Assembly (NCBI GenBank): GCA_964276515.1
Contig: OZ193909.1
Location: forward strand, 12,028,001 to 12,092,000
Direction of reading: 5' to 3'
Source: Gordius albopunctatus
Taxonomy: Eukaryota
Length of the DNA stretch: 64,000 nucleotides
Positions 37,001-50,040 of this stretch are shown one piece after another. The translations under genes and the position numbers were made by a program. Every line of letters begins with the position of its first letter. Position 1 is the stretch's first letter. The notes below the pieces were generated by a model. It saw only the letters and a list, made by a program, of their open reading frames with translations. It made no database searches and was not told the origin of the DNA.

Positions 37001-40000
37001 TTAATTGAGTGTGTCCGCTATTAGTGATCTTCACACTGGTTGAAGGTTATTTTTAATTTAAATTATTTATAACCTTTAGTTGCTCTTTATATTTTAAATA
37101 AGATGCCTGCTAGATACTAATCAAAATTTTAATTATTTTTGGTTTGGACGTGGAGTGGAGCTGTTTTAATATAAAACAAACCATCCTTGGGAGCCAACAC
37201 TTTGGAAAACTAAAAGTTAAATATGTTTTAGTGATTCCCCAGAATGAGTAAATAATGTTATAAATATTAGAATTCTGTAAATTTTTTAGGATGAGGCAAC
37301 TATAGCTAATTGATGGATAATTTTCAACTTAACGACTAGGACATATGATATCAATTATTCCGTTCAGTTAATTTTTTAGGCGTCAAAAATCGATAACACA
37401 TTTAATAAAGTTATTCTAAAATAATCTTATTCACGATTTAGTATGTATGAGATTAAAAATATTTAATAGCTGTTCTGACAATTAGCAAAAATTTTATAGT
37501 ATTTAATATTAACTTAGGTCACGAAAAATAAAAGATAATAGAATTATTTGATCAAAGAATTATTTGTATCTTATAATATTTGTCATATAAAACTTATCAA
37601 CTGACATTTAATACAACCTCTAAGTGCAAAGAGTAATTCGCAGTTATGTTAATGGCTAATTTTTCATTGAACAAGGCTAGATTGAGCATCTGGCTTCCAT
37701 CTAGCGCCTAGGAAGTGTGATAATCATAGACTTAAACTTTGCTTCTTAAGACGCAAACTTAATTATATTAATCCTTAAGCAAGCTGAATATTATAATCTA
37801 TATATAAACAACAATATATTCATGCGGATTATAAGTTAATTTTATTAAATAAAAATACTTGGTTCATATTTCTAACAAGGTATCATTATCAACCTGCCTC
37901 GTCCTAAGCTTTTAGCTAACACAATCGTCCCCCTCCCCTATCATAATCCCGCTAAGCTCGTGGTTAATCAAATTTGGGACGTTACCGTTTGGATTTACTA
38001 TCAAACTTGACAAAAACAAATAGCCATTTCAAATAAAACCCGAATGTATCAATCAATAATTTGCGGTTGAATATAATATTATGCATGCGCAACCGTGTTT
38101 TACGGCGTTTTTGAAATTTTTCTATCAATTGAACAAAATGCAGAAAATAGCATGGGCGTCGTAGCCAGCACTGGAATTAGAGGGGGGCAATAATGATTTA
38201 GAAAGGAGCAAAATGAACATTTTTAGAAATTTAGCCATAATTTTAATAAATTTCAACAAATTTTTAGATTTAGAGAGGGGCGGGCAGCTGCCCATTCCTG
38301 CCCCCCCCTCATTATTTATTACTCTTTGTAAAAAGGTGCGATCTTAATGGAAAGGATTCGTGATTGACAAACGACAAATTGGGTTTAAAAAGCATTATAT
38401 GACGACATGCAAATACAATTATTCTTAATATAAAAAGTTTTAATGCAGCAAAGCCCAAATAATCTATGCTGTTTGACCCCGATAATGTCATATGTTATTA
38501 TTCCGGGATTGTTTCAATTTTAGAGTCATTTTTGTAGTTGTTTAAAGAACCAGGGAACTAGAGATTTTGTTAGAAATGAAATAGATAGATGCTACTTTTG
38601 AAAATGAGGAACTAAGGCAAAGGTCAAAATATCTACAACCTTTTATTGTTTTTATGGAAGGTTAAAAATATAAAAAAGTACTTTCATGGGGGTAGTCAGG
38701 TTTTGTATTTGGGAGAGGGGGGGGGGGTGGCAAAACGTCTAAAAGTTGAAGGGGCAAAACATAAATTTTTTTAATTTTTAAAGGTTTTTGCATCGAAATT
38801 AATTTCCTGTTTCAATCTCTTGTTTGTTTCTGCAAAATGACACAACGCATATTAATGTAGCATAAAAAATAATTGAGTTTGGAGATGGGGTTTAATAGCT
38901 CAACAAATATATCTTAAAATTTTTGTTCGATCTGTAGTTTACACAAGTTTTTAGGATTCAAATTTTACTAGTTTTAAAGAATTTGTAATACATTTTGACC
39001 TTAAAAATTATAGGCCTATTAAAAATGAAGCAATATTATAAGCAAATGATAGGACATATTACTATGAATAAATCAAAATCGGAAAAAATAGGACAACTTG
39101 CTTAGGCCATAAAATTATAGCCAACTAAACAAAAATGCTCTAACTGGATATTAATTAAATATTAATAAAGAATAATATATAAATAAAAATTAAAGTTTTT
39201 ATCACCAATAAATTATAAGTTTCCAACCATTCAAAAATCGATGAAATTTCTACAAATAAAATACATAGTTTAGTTTAAAGTTTGCGGCCTTAGATTTTTT
39301 GCCCTATATTAATTCATGATTTTATTAAAATAAATAGTGCCAACTTATTGTCCTGGCAATTCGGACTGATAAAAAATTGTGTACAAAGCTATTATTGTCT
39401 TTTAACCTATCACTAGCAAATAATAAAAAGATATAGATTTTAGACCTTGCAAAAATTCAAATAGTTTAAATGTAGATCTTGAATTTAAGCCCTTTAAGAT
39501 TTAAAATTGCAGCAAGTTAAACTTTTAACAAGCGGGTTGGGATAGATCTTACTACGAATTAACAAGATAAGGTTGGCAGAATGTAAAACTATAAAAGGAA
39601 AGAAGGAATAAAAAAATCAGAGACATTAGTTGATTTTCCCACTTGCTAGAAAAGTCAGAGCTAAGTTCCTCTTAGGACTTTAAGATAATAATAATAGAAA
39701 TAATAAAAAAATTACAGTAACATTTTTCTATTCTAATGACAGCAGGTCTAATATAATGTAGATTTACCTAGGTTAAAATAATTTTTTCTATATATAAATT
39801 AGTTTAGAGATAAAAAATGTGTATATTAGATAATGAATTTGAAAATTTTGGTTTCAGGAGGATTATTAATTATAGAGTATTTTAGTAATATATGACTTAA
39901 TTTAATTAATTTCCATTATTTATACCTATATAATTCTTTTTAAAAGATTCTAAAGTATTCAAAATTTGAACTCGTTTAACTAGATCCTTTTTGTTACTTC

Positions 40001-43000
40001 AATTTTTGTAGGGACTTTAACAAGTCGTATCATAAAACTAACCATTCATTTTATATTCTTAGAAACGTTATTTTTTTGTTTTAAAGTATTGAAATATTAT
40101 TTGAGAAATTTCCTTCAATCACTCCCTATTTCTCATAAAGGAAACTTCCATTTTACATAACAATTCGCTAAAAAAAATTGTCTAACCAAATACCGCTTAA
40201 ACTTATAATAAAAAAAATTAAGACTGTTAATTATATGATGATTTCGAAATTAAATTTTATCGAACTTTTTCCTCTAATTCTAAATTTTCAATCTATACAC
40301 GGTTTAAACAATTGTCATAATTTCACCTGCTTTTTAGTTTGGTCGGGTTAGACTGAGAGTAGATGTCTTAAAAGTTCACTAAAAACAGCTAAAATTTGAC
40401 CAGGAGAATTTAAACATTTTATGCTGTTTAAGATATTTTTCGATTTTGATTTAAACACTTAATCATTTTAAGAAGCATTTTATAATTGAAGGTCAAAAGG
40501 AGACACGTTAAATTGTTTTTGCATTTTAATCTATTTTTTAGGTTGAATAAATGCACCCCTATATATTGTAATTAAATTAAGTATCTCTCAAATCATTTTT
40601 GTACGCTTTATCTAAACTCGTTAAAAGAATAAATGTTAATCTTGCTAAAATTATTATTAGGAGCGGCAAAAAAGAACCTAGAGAAACCACAATTTAAGGA
40701 AAATCTAATTGTCAAATAAATTAATAAATACACTCGAAGGAGATCTATTTAGTATTTTAAAGTGAGAAATACATAAACTTATTTTCTGCTAGATTCGATC
40801 TTACCATTTAAATAGTAAAGTTTTATAAATCAATTAAACCAAAAATTAAATAATTCATTATTCACTGCCACATAATAAAATGGCAATTTTAAACGAAAGC
40901 TAATTCATTTAGGTTAATTTTTCTAGTTCTATGAGCATGAACAATTATAAACATTTATTAAACGTTTGCAAAGGAAAAGCAGAGCTTTCAATAAATTGTT
41001 GTAGGTATTTTGTTAATTTATCTAAAGATCAATATTATTTGACAACTCAAATTATTTCAATTTACACGTTTTGATTACATATTTCATCTCTGTCTGGGCA
41101 TCCCTAAAATTGTGTGATATGGAATAAATTGTTGTAGGTATTTTGTTAATTTATCTAAAGATCAATATTATTTGAAAACTCAAATTATTTCAATTTACAC
41201 GTTTTGATTACATATTTCATCTCTGTCTGGGCATCCCTAAAATTGTGTGATATGGAGTTGGACCAATTAGGAAGATTAGTTTAATGGTGGGTATAATGCA
41301 TTAGTGCATCATGATATATCCTCTCTCATTTTAGAAATGACAGTACACTCAATGACAAACAATTAAATATTTATACGAGGTCGTGATTTAGAGCTGTGGT
41401 GGTGAATGATCCATCAGGCCACGCAATATATTTTTTGGATGATCTTTTGTTTCCCCTTATGTATCGCGTTATTAAAATAATGAGGATTTTTACACTCACA
41501 GGTTCCAAACAAAAAGAAATGGTCGATACTAAGTGTTTTGCCTAATTAATTCGTTCGATAAAACCATAATGATAATCATAACTGGTAAGTAATATAAGAA
41601 AGCCTGATTGCTCATCTATTAAAGAAATGGGGTAAATATAAAATAGATTCTTAATTTAAGGTTGTAGTTTAAAAAGTTTTTTCTAAGGGTCCATATCTGA
41701 AGTTATAACTTTTAAGTGTTGGCCCGATTATGGCCGAATCACAAGAGCTGCCCGAAAAGTTTGGCTGGAATTAAAGGATTGCCCATTAGGCGATTTTAAA
41801 TTATTCAGTCCACAATAAAAAAGGGCTGAGGCGCCCGTGGCCCTACGTTTTTTTTATAATTTTATTGGGAATATATGGCTTTTTTCCTTTTTCTCTTAAA
41901 TATTGATGAATTCTTAACTTATACGGAAATTTGGTGTTGTCCATATATGTCCAGACGACACCTGTGAACCATTAAAAGGCTAAGTCAATATTTTGATCCT
42001 TTTCATGAACTTAGCCCGGGATTTTGATTAAAGGGGGAGGCGACAAAGATTTAAAAATATTACTCGGTGGTTACAAAATGATTATTTCTTTAAAAGTTTT
42101 GGCAGTAAGTTCGTTATATTTAATTTTTTTTAATTTACAATCGATTTTTAGATAAGAACCACGATAAATAAATATTATATACTCAAATAAAAAAGTGACA
42201 TAATAATAGACGAAAACAAATTAATATACTTTATTAAAAACTTTATTAAGCCCGAATGGCTAGCAACTTGTTAAGATGTCAACCCGGGTGCGTTCGAAAA
42301 TATAAGTTTACCACTTTTCTGGTCTTTGGTTGACACATCCATAATTTTTATTTTAGATATGTAATATTAATTAGTAATAAACCATAAACCCTTCTCAATG
42401 CGAATCAAAAAATGTTAAGGCTATTTATGGTGGGCATCCAAGCATTCCATATATCCGATATGATTTGAAATAATAATTAATCTTATTTTATCAACACGCC
42501 TCTTGATTTACCAAATGATAAGATAGGCAACTTAATTTTTTTATTATTTTTAAACACAAGAAACAATTCCTAAATTAAATATGTTAAGCCAAACTAAGTT
42601 ATTTAATCTCTATCTAAAAATGTTAATTGAAACTATTAAGATATAAAGCGTAGGTTTTGATAATTAGTTTTTACGAAATTTATCAATATATCATGTACAC
42701 TGGTTAAATAGTTTTGTGCCAATTTGAATTTAAAACAAGTCAAAATTAATTAGTGGTATTCAATGAATATATATGCTTTAGATTACTTGTTTGTATGCAC
42801 CAGGTAGATAGATGTTCAAAGGTTAATCAAAATATTAACTATCTACTTTAATGCGATACATCTAACCTAACAAAACAACTAGTGCAAAATGAATTTCAAA
42901 TTAGGGCCGCCTCTCTAATGAGTTTTTGCTATATAACCTATATAATTAAGTGACTTGTCTTTATCTCATTTGGAGGCTTAAATTTTGCTTTTAACATTAA

Positions 43001-45383
43001 GGCCTACCTGTCACATAAATTCTCATAAGTCTTTTAAATTATATAAAATTAATAAAAGCTAAATAAAATAAATCATAATTTTTATTTTACCATGTATCAA
43101 ACCATGTTTTCAATTAAACGCGAAACATAATTAATAGACAATTGACGAATCTCATGTAATAAATCAAAATTTAGATTTGTATTAATTTAATTAAGCTAAT
43201 GTATTTGGGCCTAGCCAATGTGAGGCCAGGATAGATCCTTTTCTTCTAAATTAAAAAAAGACGATAATTATATATTTATATAAAATCATCCTTCCATCCT
43301 GTTAGACCACCTCCATAGATTGCCTATATGACAAAGGAACATCCTATTGGCGATTTTTAATGGATTTACAAAAATTATGAAATTGTATCCTAAACATAAT
43401 ATTAAATTAAAAAGGACGAGAGAAAGTTTAAAACTGTCACATTGACCCTATTATATGTTGCTCAAATATTTAGTCAAACTGATAAAAATAATATTACTTT
43501 ACTTGCCCCCCTTATCAAGTCATTATCAAACATTTAATACCACCTCTCCCCTTTAATTTAAATATTGAATACGCCTGGACATTGGCATTATTTATAAAAT
43601 ATTATAAAAATTGTAATAGAAATTATAATATATTATATTTTTAAAAAGGTATATCACGTTCTTAGCCATTTCGGATTTATTGTCGTGTTTACTGATGTTT
43701 CCCTGGCCTCTCTTGCACATGGTAGCGTCGACGAAAAAGCTACCCCTCAATTACAAATATCCGTGGAATTTCTTTTTAGCCCATATTTCTTTTGTATTAA
43801 TCAATGGATTTATGAAATCCAGTACATTGTTGACGTGCGCTTTAACCTGGGATCGGTATACGGCTTTAAATTTTCCGTTGCGTTACAAATCATTTAGCTC
43901 GCCTACAAAAGTCATAATTATTATATTTTTGTGCTTTGCAATTGCTTTCGGTTTGATGATACCGAGAACCATGAGGTTTAAGGTGAAGATCATGCAAAGC
44001 ATTAATTTTATACCAAACATAAATATACTGCCCCCTTATACATCCTCATTTGATCATGACGATGAAGCCTTCCTAACCAGTACAAAACCCGAATTCACTG
44101 ACATATATAAGTCTATAAATTTTTCTACTTTAGAAATATCAGAATCTACTAGGCTAAATAGAGTTACCAAAGGAGCTTATATGCGATATACCTTTGGTCT
44201 TAATGAAGAGTATAAAGATCAGAAGGTTTTTATAGCGTATGATTGGTGCCGCGAGGTGTTCCTAACAATATTGCCACTTGTTATTATGATTTTTCTTAAT
44301 ACTCAAATTATTTTAAAATTTCGCGAAGTTATGCAGAAAAAAAGACACATGGGTATGCCTAGGAAAGTGGATAAGTTGACAAAACCGAAGGAAGGTGACA
44401 GCGTTACCGAAAACAAGGATAATTATTATTCGGATGTCGAGTTAGATGGATGTTCTACTTATGATCAAGATCAGGACAATGTAAAAGATAAATCAAAAAA
44501 GGAAGAATCATTCAAATTTGCACAGTGTCTATCAAAGAAAAAGAATAGCTTTAAAAAACCCAAACTTTTAAAATATTTTAAAACAGGTAAAGAAGGTTCA
44601 AGGTCCCTGGGTAAGTTTCCACCAACCACATTGGTAATTACCAAACCCCAGGAAAGTCAAATAACATCTCTTAGTGGTGATGTTAATATAAATAATGATG
44701 AAGCAACCTATGATGATTCACTACCTAACGATAAACCTATTTGCAAAGATCAAGAACTTGTCCACAGTTCAGTAAGATTTGATCTTGATTCTAAAGCATC
44801 TGTTGATCTAACACAAGCTAAAGAACCCTCCATTGACGTGTGTCCGATGGGTAGCAGAAACCAAGGTTCTTCTACTTTAAGCTCGAATCAATTACAATTG
44901 TATGAACCAGGTAAATTGCGTTCTGCCTCATCACCATCATTGCTAAAACGATATAGCGTCATGGTGAATAAGTTGAAGAGCAAAGACATAAAAGATCAAC
45001 TAAGTAAACAAAGTTTGAGACGTAAGAAGAAAAAGGCCAAATACGAAAGAGACGAAAAACGCTTAACGTCTATGCTGATATGCGCTGGTATACAATTTTT
45101 TATATGTTCCATACCTCAAGCTATAACCGCATTAATTGATAATCCGAATCTGAGGAAGGAAAGTAGTTTTAAAACTATCATTGTTATTACAAACATATTG
45201 GAAGCCTTAAATTACATGCTTAATTTCTACGTCTACCTGATATTTGTCCCCGATTTCGCTTTACAAACCAAAAATGTGAAGTCGCAAATATTTGGAGACC
45301 GATTTCCGTTTAAACCTTTAAAGGATTCTAAAAAATCTCAATTGGCATTAGGCGAACCATCTCATTATAGTGGTAAACATTGA
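34091..45383 (+). CDS. class A GPCR, FMRFamide-receptor/neuropeptide-receptor-like; join(34091..34227,43649..45383), 623 aa
   Basis: Exon 1 encodes TM1 (PIIIILGLFGNVCIIVV) and ends at AG|GTAAGT. Exon 2 resumes in the matching phase at AAAG|G with TM2 (YITFLAISDLL). TM3 WDRY, TM5 LP...MIFLN, TM6 FFICSIP and TM7 NYMLNFYVY are present. The intron is 9421 bp. Confidence 0.9.
34570..34747. mobile_element. GC-ended hAT-like MITE in the GPCR intron
   Basis: CATAGGCGTGGC ... GCTACGCCCATG termini, with flanks TTTCAGGG / TTAGAGGG (6/8 match). The body is similar to 38150-38310 and to the reverse complement of 28570-28700. Confidence 0.65.
40990..41256 (+). repeat. tandem duplication of a ~133-bp unit in the GPCR intron
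   Basis: AATAAATTGTTGTAGG...GTGTGATATGGA occurs twice head-to-tail, with one substitution and one 1-bp indel. Confidence 0.95.
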
Positions 45384-46485
45384 GGAAGTTAGCTGAAATA
45401 TATTGATAATCATCGTCCTAAAAATGATCCGTTAAATACACATGTTTAAAAAGTAAATAAATGACTGAGATTTGAGTTAACATCAATGTTTTCAAATTTT
45501 ATCAATTGTTCATACGATTGTTCAGAGCTATCTAAGCAACAATGTTTTATAATCGTTTATGGGTGCATCGTGTAACAGCTATTTTATACCACAATATTTT
45601 AACGAACTGTGTGTTATCAATAAAAGAATTGGTGAATTTTTGTAGCAATTTTGTGGATAGAGAATAAATGGAGCTATATGTTATTTTTATGTATTTAGGA
45701 AACATTTTGTTAACGGTTTAATTAAGTGTGAATATATAAAAATACACTATTCGAGAAAATCTATTCAATAATAACAGCGCTTATATAATTGTGACATTGG
45801 TAATTACAATATATTTGAATTGTACCATAATTGTGCTAACAAAAATAATATTCACAGAAGTTGAAGTTACCTTATATAAAAATGAGAATATTTAAATTAT
45901 GACGCTACATCCTTATGTCTAAATCTACAATAAAATGTTTACTTGATGAGATTCGAAAAGGATTCAACAAATTATCTATTTTAAATTTATTTCAAATTGA
46001 CGAGACAAATATGATTAAGCTGTTTTTATCTCTAGGCAAATTAGTTATTTTTCCCGAGCATTTTTCTTCTTAATTTGGTCCCACAGCCGTGGTGATTTGA
46101 TGAGTTTCTTCCATCGTGATCGGATGAGTGCCTTGTCTTTATTAAACTTCTTAGATTTTAAAACTTTGTCGACTTGTCCTTTCCACCTGACACGAGTCCG
46201 TTCTATTCTTCACTTATGCGGCACCTCCATGACCAATACATTTCGATTTAAATCATTCGCTTCTTAGTATATGTCCATACCACCTTAGCCAATTTTTGTT
46301 AATCATGTCCACCATAAGTTGAATAACCATTTTTGTCAAGAGGTAGTCATTCGTCATATGGTCGAGCTTAGTATACCCCATCTCCGTGGTCTGTAATAGC
46401 TTTTCTTTTGTAGTGCTAAATGTCCATGTTTAATTTCCGTTGAGTAACACCGGTCTTAAGATGGATTTGTAATCATTACTCTTAA

Positions 46486-48944
46486 CCCATTAAGACCGTA
46501 CCATTAAAATTTGGAATTCCTAGGTGATTTTGCACCAATAAAACAAATTTAAAAAAAAACTTGTTTACTGCCATTTTTAAGGTGTCGTATATATCATACG
46601 GTAGGACATGCTGTCTTTATGGCTGTATAAAACAAACTTTTAACCCTATAACTACTCTACTTTCTGTAAAAGCATAGCTGGAGATAAATTGTTTTAAAGT
46701 TTATTTCAAAATTTATAAAAAATAATCACAGAAAATATGAAATAATATTGTAAAAGTTATAAAGTATGATATTGAATAAAACAATTTATGTGAAGTCCCA
46801 CGTTGCATTTTGTGCATATAAATTTCACAGACTTGTGACAAACCCCACACCTCCTTTGTGTTGGGTTCTTAGCAGGCCAATGTTCAAGCTTATCGAACCG
46901 AACCTCGGTATAAACATTGCTGATCCGCTTTGGATATACCGTCCTCAGTCGGGGAATCATTGGAGTTGATAGTAATGGGATTGTAATCTTTCGCACAAAA
47001 TTTAACAAAGAAATCCCTTTATGAACTTCACGAAATAAAATCCAAGAATTTACTACGGCAGCATTTAGGCAAAACCGCACTATGGGCCAATACCATTTTT
47101 TAGATCGTATGCCCACCCGATAAGAGCCCCGAAATTGGTCGAAGAGGTCAACACCCCCCATTCCCTTATTGTACTCGCTAATAATGGTGGGTTGAGGTAC
47201 TGTAATTCGACTCTTGGCCGACCTGCTATATCTATTGCATTTTGTTATTGTGCTAGCGAGGACATCTGTCCGGTTAGTTGCCAGTGTGACCTGGCTGTTA
47301 TCGTTCCATCTGAACAATTGAATTTTAGAATTTTTTTCCTGTAGGACTCGCCAAGATCCTCTTGGCTCCTTTTTTAAATCTTCAAGGGGTGCATTTTTGA
47401 TTCTATCACTCCGTATCGTACCTGTAAGTCTAATTAATTGCTTAGCCAAATCTTGCAATAAAGGTAAAGAATTGAAGAAGTTATCAATGTATACATGACT
47501 TTGTGGAGGGACATACCCTGTAACCAGCTTTTTGACAATCGCAGAACCGAGGGGTACTCCGACTTCTCGTTCTTCGCGCCCTTCATATAACTTAAAGCGA
47601 CAGCAATATCCATTGGGTTTGTTCAAGCACCAAAATTTAAACCCAAATCTTATGGGCTTACCACGGATAAATTGTTTCAAATGAAATCTACCATAGTAGG
47701 GCTCCATGGCCTCATCTAAAGAATATATCATCGGATTAGGCGCAATATATTTTTCAAAATTGTTGTTGATATGGTTCATTAAAACATTAACTTTTTTTAT
47801 GCTTCCAAGTTCCCTGTTAATATTGTTATCAGAAAAGTGTAAATACTTAAAAATAGTATTGAACCTATCTCTTGCCATACAATTAACAATGGCACTATTA
47901 TTAACATCTGCCTGAGTCTGCCAATATAGTCGCTTTTGTGGCAACTTACAATACCCCGATAATAACAACACACCTAGCAGTTTGTAAATTTCATCACATG
48001 AAACATTAAAAGTTTCATCACTATACTTATATTTAGCATATTTTTCACTTTCTCTACATATAATCTCTATTAAACTTGGATCCCAAAATAGTTGGAACAC
48101 TTGTAAAGGTGTCAGGGCATCTTTTTGTATAAAAGTCAATATGTTTGGAACATTTTCTTTAATATTTTGAATTTTAAATTTTGTATGTTCATTAGTTTCT
48201 GGCATAAGATTTATTGGACTCCAAGATAAGAGTTTTTGTTTTTTTGAAGGATTGTCATTTTTATAATTTGGGATAGGAATTTCTAATAACATTTCTGTAG
48301 TTAATTGAATTACTTCATTATCTATATCTCTTATTAAAACTTCAGCTTTTCTTGATAGGACCCCAGGTCCTAACTTATGAGGATCATTAATCAAAACTTC
48401 ATTTTCATCCTCTGAAATTTCATCTTTATCAGAATCAAGATAGTCTGGAGGTGGAACCAAGGCCAGATCAATTTGTTGAACATTGCTCAATAAGGTAGTA
48501 TTAGATTCCAATAGAGTAAGCACTTCTTCTGTATTAAAAGGCCTACGGTATGATATATACGACACTCAATTTTAAAGACATATTTTAATATTAAAGTCTT
48601 ATAAATTTTATATAAAAAACATATCATTTTAAAGAGAAATTTTTATAGTTTAATAATATATCAAATTAAATTAATTAAATATTGTTTATATAAAAGTTTA
48701 TTAACAAATACTTACGGAAGGTTCTGTTTTTTCGAATTTCTAGAATTACACTTGCTTTTACGAGTTAAAGAAGGTATTGAATAAGGAAACACAATAAAAA
48801 TGATCCACCAGGAAGGTAGATCACATTTTAAGCTTCAATAAAAACTATGTTTGATAATATCTAAGGGCCATTAAGTATTAAAATTTTTAGACTAAAAATG
48901 GTCTATTTTGCGTATGATAAATACGACGGTAGGTCTAAATTGGT
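46486..48944 (-). mobile_element. piggyBac transposon, 2459 bp
   Basis: TTAA duplicated at 46482-46485 and 48945-48948. Imperfect TIRs CCCATTAAGACCGTACC / rc ACCAATTTAGACCTACC. Internal 24-bp inverted repeat GTGTCGTATATATCATAC(G/C)GTAGG at 46582 and 48542. Confidence 0.9.
46757..48565 (-). CDS. piggyBac (PGBD3-like) transposase, ~600 aa, uninterrupted
   Basis: Catalytic triad contexts SLDEAM, YIDNFF and GGVDLFD, the KQFIRGKPIRFGFKFW motif, and a C-terminal Cys-rich domain (RRCGVC...CTKCNVGLHINCFIQYH). The ORF starts at GTG, so the true start is uncertain. Confidence 0.93.
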   Translation of the reverse strand: MSYISYRRPFNTEEVLTLLESNTTLLSNVQQIDLALVPPPDYLDSDKDEISEDENEVLINDPHKLGPGVLSRKAEVLIRDIDNEVIQLTTEMLLEIPIPNYKNDNPSKKQKLLSWSPINLMPETNEHTKFKIQNIKENVPNILTFIQKDALTPLQVFQLFWDPSLIEIICRESEKYAKYKYSDETFNVSCDEIYKLLGVLLLSGYCKLPQKRLYWQTQADVNNSAIVNCMARDRFNTIFKYLHFSDNNINRELGSIKKVNVLMNHINNNFEKYIAPNPMIYSLDEAMEPYYGRFHLKQFIRGKPIRFGFKFWCLNKPNGYCCRFKLYEGREEREVGVPLGSAIVKKLVTGYVPPQSHVYIDNFFNSLPLLQDLAKQLIRLTGTIRSDRIKNAPLEDLKKEPRGSWRVLQEKNSKIQLFRWNDNSQVTLATNRTDVLASTITKCNRYSRSAKSRITVPQPTIISEYNKGMGGVDLFDQFRGSYRVGIRSKKWYWPIVRFCLNAAVVNSWILFREVHKGISLLNFVRKITIPLLSTPMIPRLRTVYPKRISNVYTEVRFDKLEHWPAKNPTQRRCGVCHKSVKFICTKCNVGLHINCFIQYHTL

Positions 48945-49484
48945 TTAAACCATATTGGCATTTTCTATTCGCACATACACCAGATATACTTCACCATTTA
49001 TGCCATCTTTTTTGGATCCGATTATTGACTTCTGTTGCGCAACCTCCCTCTTAAGGTAGCATCGAGCCAAGGTATGTAAATCTGTCTACTTTTGGTTACT
49101 TTAGATGGTCATTCAGCGATTGGCTGCCTGTACCGTTCATTTCCATGTATACCGTTTTTCGATCGGTGAACTTTAAACCATATCCAGCTAAGCGCTTTGA
49201 CCACTTTTCGGCTTCTTCTAATAATTTATACCTTGTTTCCTCGCATAGTAATCATCGGCATATAGCATACACCATGGCGATGGCTTTTCAATGTATCTCG
49301 TTATCGTGTCCATAATTATATTACATAAAAAGGGGCTTAGAGCAGATCAATTTCAACTTGAACAGGTTTAGAGTCTCCAACTTTTGTCAACTCACGAATT
49401 TGAGGATTTATAAATATTTTTCATATATAAATGCGTCAGGGGCATTTTGTTTTCTCGGGCACCACCATATCAAATCGCGATGGA

Positions 49485-50040
49485 TTTAAATTTTACGTTT
49501 TTAATAATTTTATGACACCTTAACCCACCAGTTTTTATTTAAAAAATTTAATTGGCTTTATAAAGAACAATAATGACAATTATCACCAAAATAAGTTGAC
49601 AAATTTAAATTTTATATCTGTAAGTACTTTATGACGCCATGACTAACCAGTTTTCTTGGAAAGTATTTATTTAGCTCTATAATAGGTAATTATGATAATT
49701 GTAACAAAGATAAGTTGACAAATTTAAATCTGATGTTTTTAATAAATTTTTAACACTTTAACCCGCAAGTTTTAATAAAATTAACCCTATAAACGAAAAT
49801 TATGACAATTGTCACAATGACTACCAAGTTTAAATTTTATATTTGTAAGTACGTATTTTGTTGAAACTATTAATTTAGCTACATAAAGGATAATAATCAC
49901 AATTGTAACCAAGATAAGTTGAAAAATTTATTTTTAATATTTAAACTAATAATATGACACCTTGACCCACAAATTTTTGTTGAAGATATTTATTTTGCTC
50001 TATAAATATATAATAAGTTGACAAATTTAACTTTTATATC
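49485..50040 (+). repeat. degenerate ~115-125 bp AT-rich tandem repeat (left part)
   Basis: Recurring TATGACACCTT(G/A)ACCCAC...TATTTATTTAGCTCTATA...GATAAGTTGACAAATTTAAATTTTATA units. The same array resumes at 60736. Confidence 0.8.

Larger units (their letters stand above)
46063..49482 (-). mobile_element. older, 5'-truncated RTE-A copy split by piggyBac (46063-46485 and 48949-49482)
   Basis: Homologous to 14872-15810 and colinear across the TTAA insertion site. It retains the PWCMLYADD-coding segment (~49251-49277) that copies 1 and 2 lack. Confidence 0.9.
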
